NCBI GenBank assembly: GCA_041690135.1
Contig: JAWLHY010000007.1
Location: 320,001-384,000 of the forward strand
Source of the DNA: Armatimonadota bacterium
Lineage (GTDB): Bacteria; Armatimonadota; SYMT01
Length of the DNA stretch: 64,000 bases
Direction: 5' to 3'
Shown: one piece after another, positions 47,928 through 56,885 of the stretch
Layout of the letters: every line of letters starts with the position of its first letter
How positions within the stretch are numbered: the first letter of the stretch is position 1
Program-made: the position numbers and the translations under genes
The notes under the pieces: generated by a model
What the model saw: only the letters and a program-made list of their open reading frames with translations
Databases searched by the model: none
What the model was told of the DNA's origin: nothing

Positions 47928-49097
47928 TCAAAAGAGTGACTTCAAACTTTCTACAGCATTGATGAGCACCGTGACGGCGGTATCGATTTCATTGTCCTTA
48001 TTGGACCTTCCGACACTCAGCCTCACGGCACTGTGGGCGCGCGTGTTCCCGTAGCCAAGTGCAAGTATGACGTGTGAGGGTTCGACTGAAGAGGATGTAC
48101 ACGCTGATCCTGTTGCCAACGCGAGGTTGTGAAGTTCGGGTAGCAAGGCTTTGCTTTGGATACCAGGGAAGGTGATGTTGAGGTTGTTCGGGAGTCGATC
48201 GGTTGGGTGTCCATTCAAAGCAATGTTGCCAATGGCCGTGGATAAGGTGTTCCAAATCTGGGCGGTCCAGTTGCGAAACCTTATGGCATCTGAAGCCATT
48301 TCTCCTTTTGCGATCCGAAGGGCCTCCCCAAACCCAACTATTCCTGGTACATTTAGTGTCCCTGAACGCATCCCGCGCTCGTGTCCACCACCAAAGTGGA
48401 TTGGAGCAATTCTAGCGCGGGGATTGCTGGCTCGCACATAGAGTGCACCGATTCCTTTGGGTCCGTAGATCTTGTGAGCGGACATTGAGAGTAGGTGTAT
48501 GCCCATCCGTTTTACATCGATGGGTATGTGCCCCACGGCCTGGGCGCCGTCGCAGTGAAAAAGGATCTCATGCTCTTCGGCAATGGCGCCGATCTCTGCG
48601 ATGGGGGCGAGCGTGCCGATCTCGTTGTTTGCCGCCATGATTGAAACTAAAATTGTGCGGGGGGTGATCGCCTTACGCACGTCTTCGGGATCGACGCGCC
48701 CGTATTGGTCGACGCGTAAGTAAGTGACCTGCTTGCCAAACTGTTCGAGCCTCTTGCAAGCATCCAAAACAGCTTTGTGTTCCGTCACCGATGTGATGAT
48801 GTGGTCACCGCGGTTGGTGTAGCGTTCGGCCACGCCCAAAAGGGCGAGATTGTCGGATTCGGTAGCCCCGCTGGTGAAGATGATCTCGTCAGGGTGAGCG
48901 TTGATCAGAGATGCGATGTGCGCGCGTGCTTGGTCGACTGCCTGTTTTGCCTCGTATCCGAATTCGTGGTCCGTACTCGCGGCATTTCCAAACACTTCCG
49001 TAAAGTACGGCAGCATTGCTTCCAGGACCCGAGGGTCCACGGGCGTAGTTGCGTTGTGATCGAGGTAGATCCGCCTAGGCTTCATCGTGGCCACCAT
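47928..49097 (-). CDS. dndA: Cysteine desulfurase of the PT system
   Basis: IYLDHNATTP, FTSGATESDN, SAHKIYGPKG, GSACTS; overlaps dndE. Confidence 0.92.
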   Translation of the reverse strand: MVATMKPRRIYLDHNATTPVDPRVLEAMLPYFTEVFGNAASTDHEFGYEAKQAVDQARAHIASLINAHPDEIIFTSGATESDNLALLGVAERYTNRGDHIITSVTEHKAVLDACKRLEQFGKQVTYLRVDQYGRVDPEDVRKAITPRTILVSIMAANNEIGTLAPIAEIGAIAEEHEILFHCDGAQAVGHIPIDVKRMGIHLLSMSAHKIYGPKGIGALYVRASNPRARIAPIHFGGGHERGMRSGTLNVPGIVGFGEALRIAKGEMASDAIRFRNWTAQIWNTLSTAIGNIALNGHPTDRLPNNLNITFPGIQSKALLPELHNLALATGSACTSSSVEPSHVILALGYGNTRAHSAVRLSVGRSNKDNEIDTAVTVLINAVESLKSLF

Positions 49098-49524
49098 CTA
49101 TCTCGTTCTCCTCTGCGCTCGCTTCCGGTAATGCGAGATCAAGCTCCGCTCGCACTTCCGATGGCATCAGCAGTGCGAGATCGTGGATCCGTCGGACCCG
49201 CTTATGCAGGAGCATGACCCCACGACCGATATGCGCGCGGAAGTAGAGCCCTAACGTATCGTCATCGGTAGGCAATCCATCTTGTTCGCACCGAACCTTG
49301 ATCAGCGCGACAAACATTCGGTCCCAATGCCCGGTAAGCACCGGACGCTCGATCTCTCGCTCCGACGTGGGCGGGTAGTGGGCGGGGTTCGGAAGGGTTG
49401 GGTCTTCCAGCGAGAGACAGAACGCGATCCGGCAGAGAATATTTGGCGTGAGGCCGGTCTTGGCTTTGAGGCTGGAGAGATTCTTTGACGTCTCTTCGCT
49501 TACCTTTAGACGATTGAGTTTCAT
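49075..49524 (-). CDS. dndE: DNA sulfur modification protein DndE
   Basis: LKAKTGLTPNILCRIAFCLSL...FRAHIGRG. Confidence 0.92.
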   Translation of the reverse strand: MKLNRLKVSEETSKNLSSLKAKTGLTPNILCRIAFCLSLEDPTLPNPAHYPPTSEREIERPVLTGHWDRMFVALIKVRCEQDGLPTDDDTLGLYFRAHIGRGVMLLHKRVRRIHDLALLMPSEVRAELDLALPEASAEENEIDGGHDEA

Positions 49525-51572
49525 CCGACGAGGTCCAGCTCAGGAGTCAACTTGGGGGTAGGCGCCGGTTCCTCAAGGTGCACGAACGTTCCCCCAGTCT
49601 CCAGGTTGTATTCCAGGTCGTAGGTTCGCGCTAGGAGGGGTTCGAGGCTTTGAGCGATCATCGCGTCTGCTTCGGCATCGGTTGCGAGAAGAACGGTCTG
49701 CTGACTAACGCGGGGGAAGAACTGTTCGACCATCGCTTCTCGATGGTCAGCATCTAGCCTGGCCACGGGTGTATCCGTTATAACGGGGATAGGCAGTCGG
49801 GAAACATCCCGCATAGCCCAGAGAGTTGCTGTGGCGAGCAGTTGCCGTTCCCCGGCGGACAGTGAAGCTCGGTCGAAAGGCCGTCCATACCGGTAAAGCG
49901 TAAGTGCGAATGTACTTGGATCGATCACGACGTCTGTAACAAACCCCGGCTTGCGGCACAATTCTTCGAACCGCAGGGTTATTGCCCGTTGAAGTAGCGT
50001 CAGCTTGTGTTGGAGGAGTTGCTCGCCATACTGTTCCAGCACTCGTTGTGTTTTGAGGACCAGGTCGACGCGACGGTGCCCCTTGTTCGCATCGTCCAGC
50101 CGTTGGCGAACGGCTTTTAGGCGCCAGCCAGATTGCCGGTGTTCGAACTCTTGCTTGCGCCTCTGCTCCTCCAGTGCTTCCTTCTGGGCGTAGATTTCCC
50201 CGAGTCGATGATGAAGACTATTCAGGTCCCTGATGATCGGGGCCAAGGTCTCCTGTGAAGGGATCTCCGCTAGACGGTGCTCCACATCCACCATTTCTCT
50301 TTCGAGGCGTGTAAGCTCAGCAGTGGCCTGACAGAACTGCCGGGGAATGTTCGTCTGGCTATCCTCTGCCCACGACGTGAGAAGCGCTTTATCGTGGCTG
50401 GAAGCGTGGAGAAGCAGATTTCGGGTACCATTGGACCCACAGGCGAAGTCCTGCAGCAAGCGGTCTCGGAGAACTGCCGCAACGCGTGTACTGGCTTCAG
50501 CGCTTGGTGCAGTTGCAATGCCGTTCCAAAGAGCAGGGTTAGCGAGTTCCTGTGCCAGCAGGGCTTCTGCACGCGTGGCCAACTCGCGAACGAGTTGGGA
50601 TTGCTGCAGTTGGCTTTCTTGTTCCAATCGCTGTACGATCAACTGACAGTACTTGGGCGAGACGGCGAACGGCAACAAACCTGATGCAAGTTCGTGAATG
50701 TTGATGCGTTGCCTGTCGATCTCTCCCCGAAGCCGATCAGCCTGTCGCCGGAGTTCACCAAGGTGATAGGCGAATCCGTGCCCTTCTTGTGCAAGACGCT
50801 GCTCTTGGTGTGCGATGCTTCCCTTCAACAGTGCCAGGCGTTCATTGGTATCGACGAGTTCCGCCTCTGTGTTTCGTAATCTGTCTGCAAGACGGTCGAC
50901 TTCGGCAGCGGCATCCTCCAGCTCTCGACTGAACTCTTTGCTGCTGCCATCCAAGCTACGGGATAGATAGACGTCCAGATCGCCTTGGAGGCGGTGTACC
51001 AGATCTAATCCCAAGAGGGAGTGCACCATCTCCGCCAACAGACTGCTGCTCGAGGCATCCGCGGACAGGGCGTCGAGCTTCTCATTGTCCAACAAGAAGA
51101 GTTCGCTTACACAGACCGGCACTAGTTCGCGCAGGAATGCTTCCTTCTGGTCGGCATTTAAGTCGTCGAGTAAGTGGTAATCCTCGGAGACCTCTAGTTT
51201 CTCAACAACTCCGGACGACCCGCGTTTCCACGAACGTCTGATCTCATAGTGAAACTTACGTCCAGAAAGAACATATTCTAATGCCATGGCCACGCCCGCC
51301 TCAGTTGGCTCTTGAAGGCCTGGCGCTGGACGGTGAATACGGGCTTCCAGGTGCTTCTCGTACTCATCTCGGCTCACACTGCTGCCCAGAGCCAATCTCC
51401 CGTGAAGACAGAGGCGGACGGCCTCTAGCAGGGTAGTCTTACCAACGCCGTTCTTTCCCGTGATCAGCACCAATGGACGTTGGTAATGTCCGTCGGACGA
51501 AGGCTTTAGGTTGAAATTCTGAAATCCTGCGTAGGGTCCGAAATTGCGTATCCGGAGCTGTTTGATGATCAT
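49521..51572 (-). CDS. dndD: DNA sulfur modification ATPase DndD
   Basis: NFGPYAG, GKNGVGKTT, LSAGERQ, ITDTPVARLDADHR, LATDAE. Confidence 0.93.
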   Translation of the reverse strand: MIIKQLRIRNFGPYAGFQNFNLKPSSDGHYQRPLVLITGKNGVGKTTLLEAVRLCLHGRLALGSSVSRDEYEKHLEARIHRPAPGLQEPTEAGVAMALEYVLSGRKFHYEIRRSWKRGSSGVVEKLEVSEDYHLLDDLNADQKEAFLRELVPVCVSELFLLDNEKLDALSADASSSSLLAEMVHSLLGLDLVHRLQGDLDVYLSRSLDGSSKEFSRELEDAAAEVDRLADRLRNTEAELVDTNERLALLKGSIAHQEQRLAQEGHGFAYHLGELRRQADRLRGEIDRQRINIHELASGLLPFAVSPKYCQLIVQRLEQESQLQQSQLVRELATRAEALLAQELANPALWNGIATAPSAEASTRVAAVLRDRLLQDFACGSNGTRNLLLHASSHDKALLTSWAEDSQTNIPRQFCQATAELTRLEREMVDVEHRLAEIPSQETLAPIIRDLNSLHHRLGEIYAQKEALEEQRRKQEFEHRQSGWRLKAVRQRLDDANKGHRRVDLVLKTQRVLEQYGEQLLQHKLTLLQRAITLRFEELCRKPGFVTDVVIDPSTFALTLYRYGRPFDRASLSAGERQLLATATLWAMRDVSRLPIPVITDTPVARLDADHREAMVEQFFPRVSQQTVLLATDAEADAMIAQSLEPLLARTYDLEYNLETGGTFVHLEEPAPTPKLTPELDLVG

Positions 51573-53014
51573 ACAGATTCACCATCCGCCATTGGGAACA
51601 GTGTCCCGTTTCCGTTCCTCTCCTGTTCGTGCTCTTCTAGTGCTTGCTCCAGGGTGCGCCAGTCTTGTCGCAGGACACGGTCGATTGTCTTGTGGATTGT
51701 GGCTCGGCGGCGCATGCCGAGATGTGCTCGCTCGGCATCCAGCAGTTGCTGAACTAGGCGGACGGGCGTCTCGTGTGCCTCTGCAATCTGCGTAAGCAAG
51801 TGGGCTTCCTCTCGCCCGGGAGTACTCACATCATCTGCCTCGAAGTGTAGTTGCTTACCCAGTGCTTCGGCATAGATGCCAGGCAACGCATCTTCCCAAT
51901 CCTGCCGTTCCGTCACCCAGATATGGCGTATCTCACGCAGTTCATCTTCCTCAATCAGCATGAAGGAAGGGTCGTGTTCCCACACCTCCCGTTGGGCGCG
52001 GAGCAGTCGCCGCAGGATGGTTTGACAGAACGCCAAAGTGTAGGTCCGATAGCGAACCCGACCATCGTCGGTGATTTTGATACGGCCGTCTCGGCTCCTA
52101 TATTCGCGGTCGATGTGCTTCTGGTCGGAAGACTGAGTAGCCGCCAGCCAGTCGCGAAAGTTTAGAAGTGGCTCCAACCACTCTTCCCCAGAGTCAATCA
52201 TCGCCTGCATCGAACGATCGCGCGCGACGACCGTGCAGGTCCAACAGCCAAAGCGACTGTTTCCGCAAGAGGGGGTGCTCTTGTCAATCACTAGAGGGCA
52301 CTCACCGGACTGCGCCGAGCGGTAGAGGGCAGCCAGGCTCGTATTGTCTCCTCCCCACGGCGATGGAACCTGGAGAAGATACTTCCAGACATCGTCCGCG
52401 GAGAAGTGCTCGACAGGCATGAAGACCCAGGCGCCGGGAAGCTGACCGTGCCGCGCAAGGTCATGCCCTTTTACTTCATGAAGGTTGATTACCTGATCCC
52501 GAGAGGCGCTCTCGCCACGGCGGGTGCCAAGTACCAGAATGACGTCACCATGCTTTGCCACCTGTTCTAGGATGAACCGATTCGAAGGCTGGATCTTCAA
52601 GCGATCGGTACACCAGCGAAAGTTGTTGCCCGGCGCTGGATAACCTCGTCCGATCAAGTTCACCCAGAAGGTGTCCTGTAGCCGCGGTTTGAGCTTGTGG
52701 GTGGAAAACGGCAATCCTCTTGACGCAGCCGCATCGCTCAGCTGCCGGAGAGTCGTGTTGATGTAGTCCACAATTACTGGTGTTTCCACCAGTGTATCCG
52801 TCGAGATGACGTAAATAGGCTTGGTTAACTGGTCAGGTGGCAGGTCCGCAAGCGCGTACCAGACCAACTGCAAGACGGTGGTCGAGTCCTTGCCGCCACT
52901 GTATCCAATCACCCAGGGATGGGGGTAACGTTGATAAATCGCCCGAATGTGTGCGTAGGCCGCTTCAATAGGATTGGCGGGAGCTTCTCGGGGTTCTTCG
53001 AATAGCATTCTCAT
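51569..53014 (-). CDS. dndC: PT sulfurtransferase DndC
   Basis: PWVIGYSGGKDS, DTLVETP, FRWCTDRLKI, GECPLVID..TPSCGNSRFGCWTC. Confidence 0.96.
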   Translation of the reverse strand: MRMLFEEPREAPANPIEAAYAHIRAIYQRYPHPWVIGYSGGKDSTTVLQLVWYALADLPPDQLTKPIYVISTDTLVETPVIVDYINTTLRQLSDAAASRGLPFSTHKLKPRLQDTFWVNLIGRGYPAPGNNFRWCTDRLKIQPSNRFILEQVAKHGDVILVLGTRRGESASRDQVINLHEVKGHDLARHGQLPGAWVFMPVEHFSADDVWKYLLQVPSPWGGDNTSLAALYRSAQSGECPLVIDKSTPSCGNSRFGCWTCTVVARDRSMQAMIDSGEEWLEPLLNFRDWLAATQSSDQKHIDREYRSRDGRIKITDDGRVRYRTYTLAFCQTILRRLLRAQREVWEHDPSFMLIEEDELREIRHIWVTERQDWEDALPGIYAEALGKQLHFEADDVSTPGREEAHLLTQIAEAHETPVRLVQQLLDAERAHLGMRRRATIHKTIDRVLRQDWRTLEQALEEHEQERNGNGTLFPMADGESV

Positions 53015-54162
53015 CGGCTGATCGCGGCGGTTCGTCTAGAGGAACGGGTCGATCGAGGCTGGGTATCTTTGGCTTCGAGGACGCTCCAGAGGTAATCAGT
53101 GGTCTGTTGCAGGTTGCGTCGGGATCTGCTCATTTGCCCGCCAACCATCGCGCAATCCCAGACGACAGTATTAGAACGGCACCAGTTCACGTCGGAAAGT
53201 GCGGTGATCCGCCTCCGCCATTCGGTGGGGTATTTCTTTAGCAACCGGTGGCCGGCAAGACCGATAGCGTGCAGAACCACGGTATGGACGTTGACATACT
53301 CACGTCGCAGGTCACAACTTCGAACCTCCCGCGCAGCGGCCTGCCGCCACTGGGGGATGGTATCACTCAGCAAGCACCAAAACTCGTGGGCGAGTAGACA
53401 TTCCTCTGCCGACACAGCGTCGGACTCTCGCTTCCCCAGAAGAGCAGCGCTTGCCTGAAAGAGTCCATTCAGCGTGAAGAGCTTGGTCGAACGATTGGAG
53501 ATCGTAGTCCGTTCGAGTTCGGTGAGACCACTGAAGCACGGGACCTCCTCTGCCAGTTTCCTCGCCAAAACGGATAGAGGCGACCGATTGTCATAGAGTA
53601 CGTCCAGAGACTTGGTGGGCCGCACAGCGTGCTTGTTGAGGTCGGCAAAGAGTTGTTGACTCCGATTCAAGCCCGCGTCGAGATAGAAGACCACCGCGAT
53701 GGTCTCGTTACCCAGATCCGGTTGTTCCTTGAGGGCGGCTTCGATCCCGGCTCGCCGATGCTGTCCATCGTTGATCACAAAGCGTGCGGACATTGGGACT
53801 ACAAGAGTGCCGACGTCGTGTTCTTCGCTCCCGACCACAAGCGGCTTGAAGACGACCTCACCGTCGATGGATGCGGTGATGGCCGAGAAGGCGTATCCGT
53901 TCCGATTCTCCAAGATGTAGCGGCGGATCTCCGGGATCCTGGCTGAATTCAAGACGCGCTGGGCTCGTAACTGAGGTGGGATCTCAGCTTCATCAAAAAG
54001 AAAAATGCGCGGCAAGAGCCGGAGCGGACACATCGCCACAAAATAGGGCTGGCCTGCCTGGATGCCCCTTAGCGCGGGGAATGTGTACGTGTATCCTGGT
54101 GCCAAGTGCGAAGTCCTTCCGACAGAGGGAAGTATATCCTTGCTCGTTGGAAGTATATACAA
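53011..54162 (-). CDS. dndB: DndB (DGQHR domain) regulator
   Basis: FPALRGIQAG, RAQRVLN, INDGQHR, QQLFADLN; true start may be a few codons internal. Confidence 0.93.
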   Translation of the reverse strand: MYILPTSKDILPSVGRTSHLAPGYTYTFPALRGIQAGQPYFVAMCPLRLLPRIFLFDEAEIPPQLRAQRVLNSARIPEIRRYILENRNGYAFSAITASIDGEVVFKPLVVGSEEHDVGTLVVPMSARFVINDGQHRRAGIEAALKEQPDLGNETIAVVFYLDAGLNRSQQLFADLNKHAVRPTKSLDVLYDNRSPLSVLARKLAEEVPCFSGLTELERTTISNRSTKLFTLNGLFQASAALLGKRESDAVSAEECLLAHEFWCLLSDTIPQWRQAAAREVRSCDLRREYVNVHTVVLHAIGLAGHRLLKKYPTEWRRRITALSDVNWCRSNTVVWDCAMVGGQMSRSRRNLQQTTDYLWSVLEAKDTQPRSTRSSRRTAAISR

Positions 54163-54205
54163 GCCCGCCGAGGATGGCTACCGTCGCCAGTGGCAAAAAT
54201 GCCCA

Positions 54206-55006
54206 TCAGTGTGATGTCGGCGCGGTCTGTTGGTTCCAGGGTGGGGTCAACGCCGCAATCAAGCGGCTCTCCAGGTCGCCGGGGTCCGGAATCCCGCAGA
54301 ACCACAGGTCGAGATAACGCTCCGCCTCGGCTAGCTTCAGGATCTCGCCATTGATCCTGCAATTCGTGGTCTGCCCGCCCTGGTAGCAATTCCGCGGAGA
54401 GATCTGCCCATAGCCCAGGTTGAATCGTTGGGCGAGGTCCTGACAGCGGCCGACGTAGCGGGTCTCCATTCCTTCGGCCAGGAGATATACCCCTTCATGG
54501 TTGAGGTGAGCCGGAATCCGGAACCGGCAGAAGGGTCCCGCGCCATGCCGGTGCAACTCCGTGGTGTCGGCCGCACCCTCCCGGTGCGGATAGTGCCGCC
54601 GAACCTTTCCCGTCGCATCGCACTCCGGCTGGATCCGCGTAATCCGGCAGAAGGTATGTCTCAAGAGAATCCATCCGTCGTCGGTCAACGCAACGGGCGT
54701 GGCGCCGGGATCCTGGCCGGTCGGCTTCGGAACGATTGCTTTGCCGGTTTGCTGGGGAGGTCGCGTGTTGGCCACGGTGGGCGCGGGGCGGGCGGTGCCG
54801 ACAGCCGGCCAGTTCACCAGCTTGTGCCCGCCGCATCGGTCGCAGGCTGCCTCCCCACGACCGATCTTCGCCTGGTTGTGTAGCCCTCTGCAGGTAGAGT
54901 TGGCGTGCTGGCGCTGGGAGAGGTTTGCGAGCGTAGCCAGGCAGTCGTCGCACAAGGGACCCGGAGCCTGGGCGAGCAGTGTGAGAATGCGGGTAGGAAC
55001 GGTCAC
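54206..55006 (-). CDS. GIY-YIG nuclease with N-terminal Cys-rich (CDDC...CDRC) HTH-like domain
   Basis: EGVYLL...RYVGRCQDLAQRFNLGYG.ISPRNC...LE..LI....PPWN. Confidence 0.8.
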   Translation of the reverse strand: MTVPTRILTLLAQAPGPLCDDCLATLANLSQRQHANSTCRGLHNQAKIGRGEAACDRCGGHKLVNWPAVGTARPAPTVANTRPPQQTGKAIVPKPTGQDPGATPVALTDDGWILLRHTFCRITRIQPECDATGKVRRHYPHREGAADTTELHRHGAGPFCRFRIPAHLNHEGVYLLAEGMETRYVGRCQDLAQRFNLGYGQISPRNCYQGGQTTNCRINGEILKLAEAERYLDLWFCGIPDPGDLESRLIAALTPPWNQQTAPTSH

Positions 55007-55007
55007 T

Positions 55008-55898
55008 TCAAGCCTCCACGGCCTTCAGGAGTTGGTCGGCGCTGATGCGATACTCGGCGCTGGCACCGTGCAACGTGTACGAGACGATCACGAGTTGCCC
55101 CGCGCTCGAATCCCAGGCGAGGTGAATGTCCTCTTCGTCACCGGCAAGAGGCTGCAGTTCAGCGGCTGGAACTGCGGCGAGCGACCTTGCTCCACTGCTA
55201 CATTCCTCTGCCCGGGTTCCGTTGTGAGCGACGTGGCCGGGACACGCTACGGCCTGAAATGCCTGCAAATCCTCGGCATCCAGATTGATCAACCGGCTCC
55301 GGGGTGTTTCACCTTCGCGCAGGACCAGTAGCCAATTTGTGGGAGGCGCGATGTACGTTGAGTAGCACTGATGGATGACGAAGAGGCCGGGCAGGGGGAG
55401 CGTAGCGCAGAGACCGGCGATTTCGTCCGTCTCCCACAACACCCGACGTGCGATGGCGTCCCAGAGATAACTGCAGTTGCCCTGCCCACTTGCCCAGGCG
55501 AAGCTGAATAGGACGGTCCTATCCCGGAAGGCCGCTGCGTACTCCTGGTACTCCCAAATATCCCGCGCAAGCAAATCGAGGGACGTGAGCGTGTCGGCTG
55601 ACCCGTCGTCGAACCCAATTTGAACTACAGGGAAGCATTCCAGGAGATTGCTGATGGGCTCGCTGGAGTACTCCCGGAAGAGGGTAAGGAACTCGCGGAC
55701 GTCAACCTCGCTGTAGTCGCCGGCTCGAATCGCCTGTTCAAGTTCGGAAGGGGACGGCTCTGGAAAGGAGTTGGGGGTCCGGGTTACGAGGCTCCACAGT
55801 TCCGGGTCAGCGAGTGCCCTGGGCCCAAAGGTGGCGTTCAGCCGGGCGACATCGTAGCAACCTTCGTTCAGCATGCGAACCGTACAAATCCGTTTCAT
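55008..55898 (-). CDS. Hypothetical acidic protein
   Basis: About 296-aa ORF; its stop lies 1 nt from the GIY-YIG GTG start; no family recognised. Confidence 0.55.
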   Translation of the reverse strand: MKRICTVRMLNEGCYDVARLNATFGPRALADPELWSLVTRTPNSFPEPSPSELEQAIRAGDYSEVDVREFLTLFREYSSEPISNLLECFPVVQIGFDDGSADTLTSLDLLARDIWEYQEYAAAFRDRTVLFSFAWASGQGNCSYLWDAIARRVLWETDEIAGLCATLPLPGLFVIHQCYSTYIAPPTNWLLVLREGETPRSRLINLDAEDLQAFQAVACPGHVAHNGTRAEECSSGARSLAAVPAAELQPLAGDEEDIHLAWDSSAGQLVIVSYTLHGASAEYRISADQLLKAVEA

Positions 55899-56068
55899 GG
55901 TCGCATTTGGGTCCTTCAGGGAAGCACTAACGGAGCGAGGGCAATTGGATTGCTTCGTGCCTTCGGAGAACACACAGGCAGGAAGCACCGTCGGTTCTCA
56001 GAGCCCGCCGGCTTACGAGGAAGGCCCGTTCATGCCGGCCCGCATATCTGCCTAATGATTCGCCTGTA

Positions 56069-56242
56069 CTAGGTATCCACTCCTTCGGCCAGGACCCGAT
56101 ACCTCCCGCTCAGCCCCAACAGACCCTCGTCAAAGGCCCAGTGGCACAATCGGCACAGGGCGATCCCATTGGTGGAGTGGTCGTTGTGGGAGGCGCTCCT
56201 GGGGATGATGTGAGCCGCATCGACCGCCGTGTGACCCTGTGT
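56069..56242 (-). pseudogene. HNH restriction endonuclease C-terminal remnant
   Basis: VDAAHIIP...NDHSTNGIALCRLCHWAFDEGLLGL...YRVL; no N-terminus, abuts (TTCATCC)n repeats. Confidence 0.75.
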
Positions 56243-56244
56243 AA

Positions 56245-56640
56245 GGATGAAGGCGGAAGGATGAAGGATGAACCATGCCCCGGGCGTTGAGTGCAGACAC
56301 TGGGGTGGTGTTGATACCCACCCCACACACTCTTGCTCGGCGGCCGATAGCGGGATCCCGGTGAACCGATAGTTGCAAGTCCAGGATCCCGGGGAAGGGA
56401 CGGCCTAACCCTACGCTCTGCCGGGTGTACTCCGCCGCGCGTACGACCGTTCCCCTTTTCGCGTTTTCGTAATTTCGCGTTTTCGTGTTGGCCCGCGCAG
56501 CGCCCGCAGCAGCCTCCCGCGGTGCAGTAGGGTCACGGGAACCGAACCGGTCCGGCACCCATCGAACAGGAACAGGCCTATCCCCGCTGCCCTGTGCCCA
56601 TCCGTTCCATCCGTCCCATCCGTGTCATCCGTGTCCACGC
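56245..56640. repeat. Right composite repeat block (inverted relative to 36728-37215)
   Basis: GGATGAAGGATGAA (56245-56272), CCCTACGCTCTGCCGGGTGTAC (56409-56430), CCTTTTCGCGTTTTCG...GCCCGCGCAGCGCCC (56452-56505), ATCCGTGTCATCCGTGTC (~56618-56636). Confidence 0.75.
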
Positions 56641-56885
56641 GTCGCCGGTGGGGTGTTCACCGGCGCCAGTACGGGTTTGCCGGCGCTCATCCGGCCCAGA
56701 ACGGGGCAAGCACAACGGTAGATAAACGAGATCGCAATGACGCAGACCACAACGGGCGTTACTCGTGAGCAGCGTTGCTAACGAGTTGCCCTTCATGTGC
56801 CTACCGTCACCAACGGGCACGAGGCCCTCTGCTACCTTCCTCTCCGTGTCCTACTCCGTGTCTCCCTGGTGAGTTCGGCTGGATG

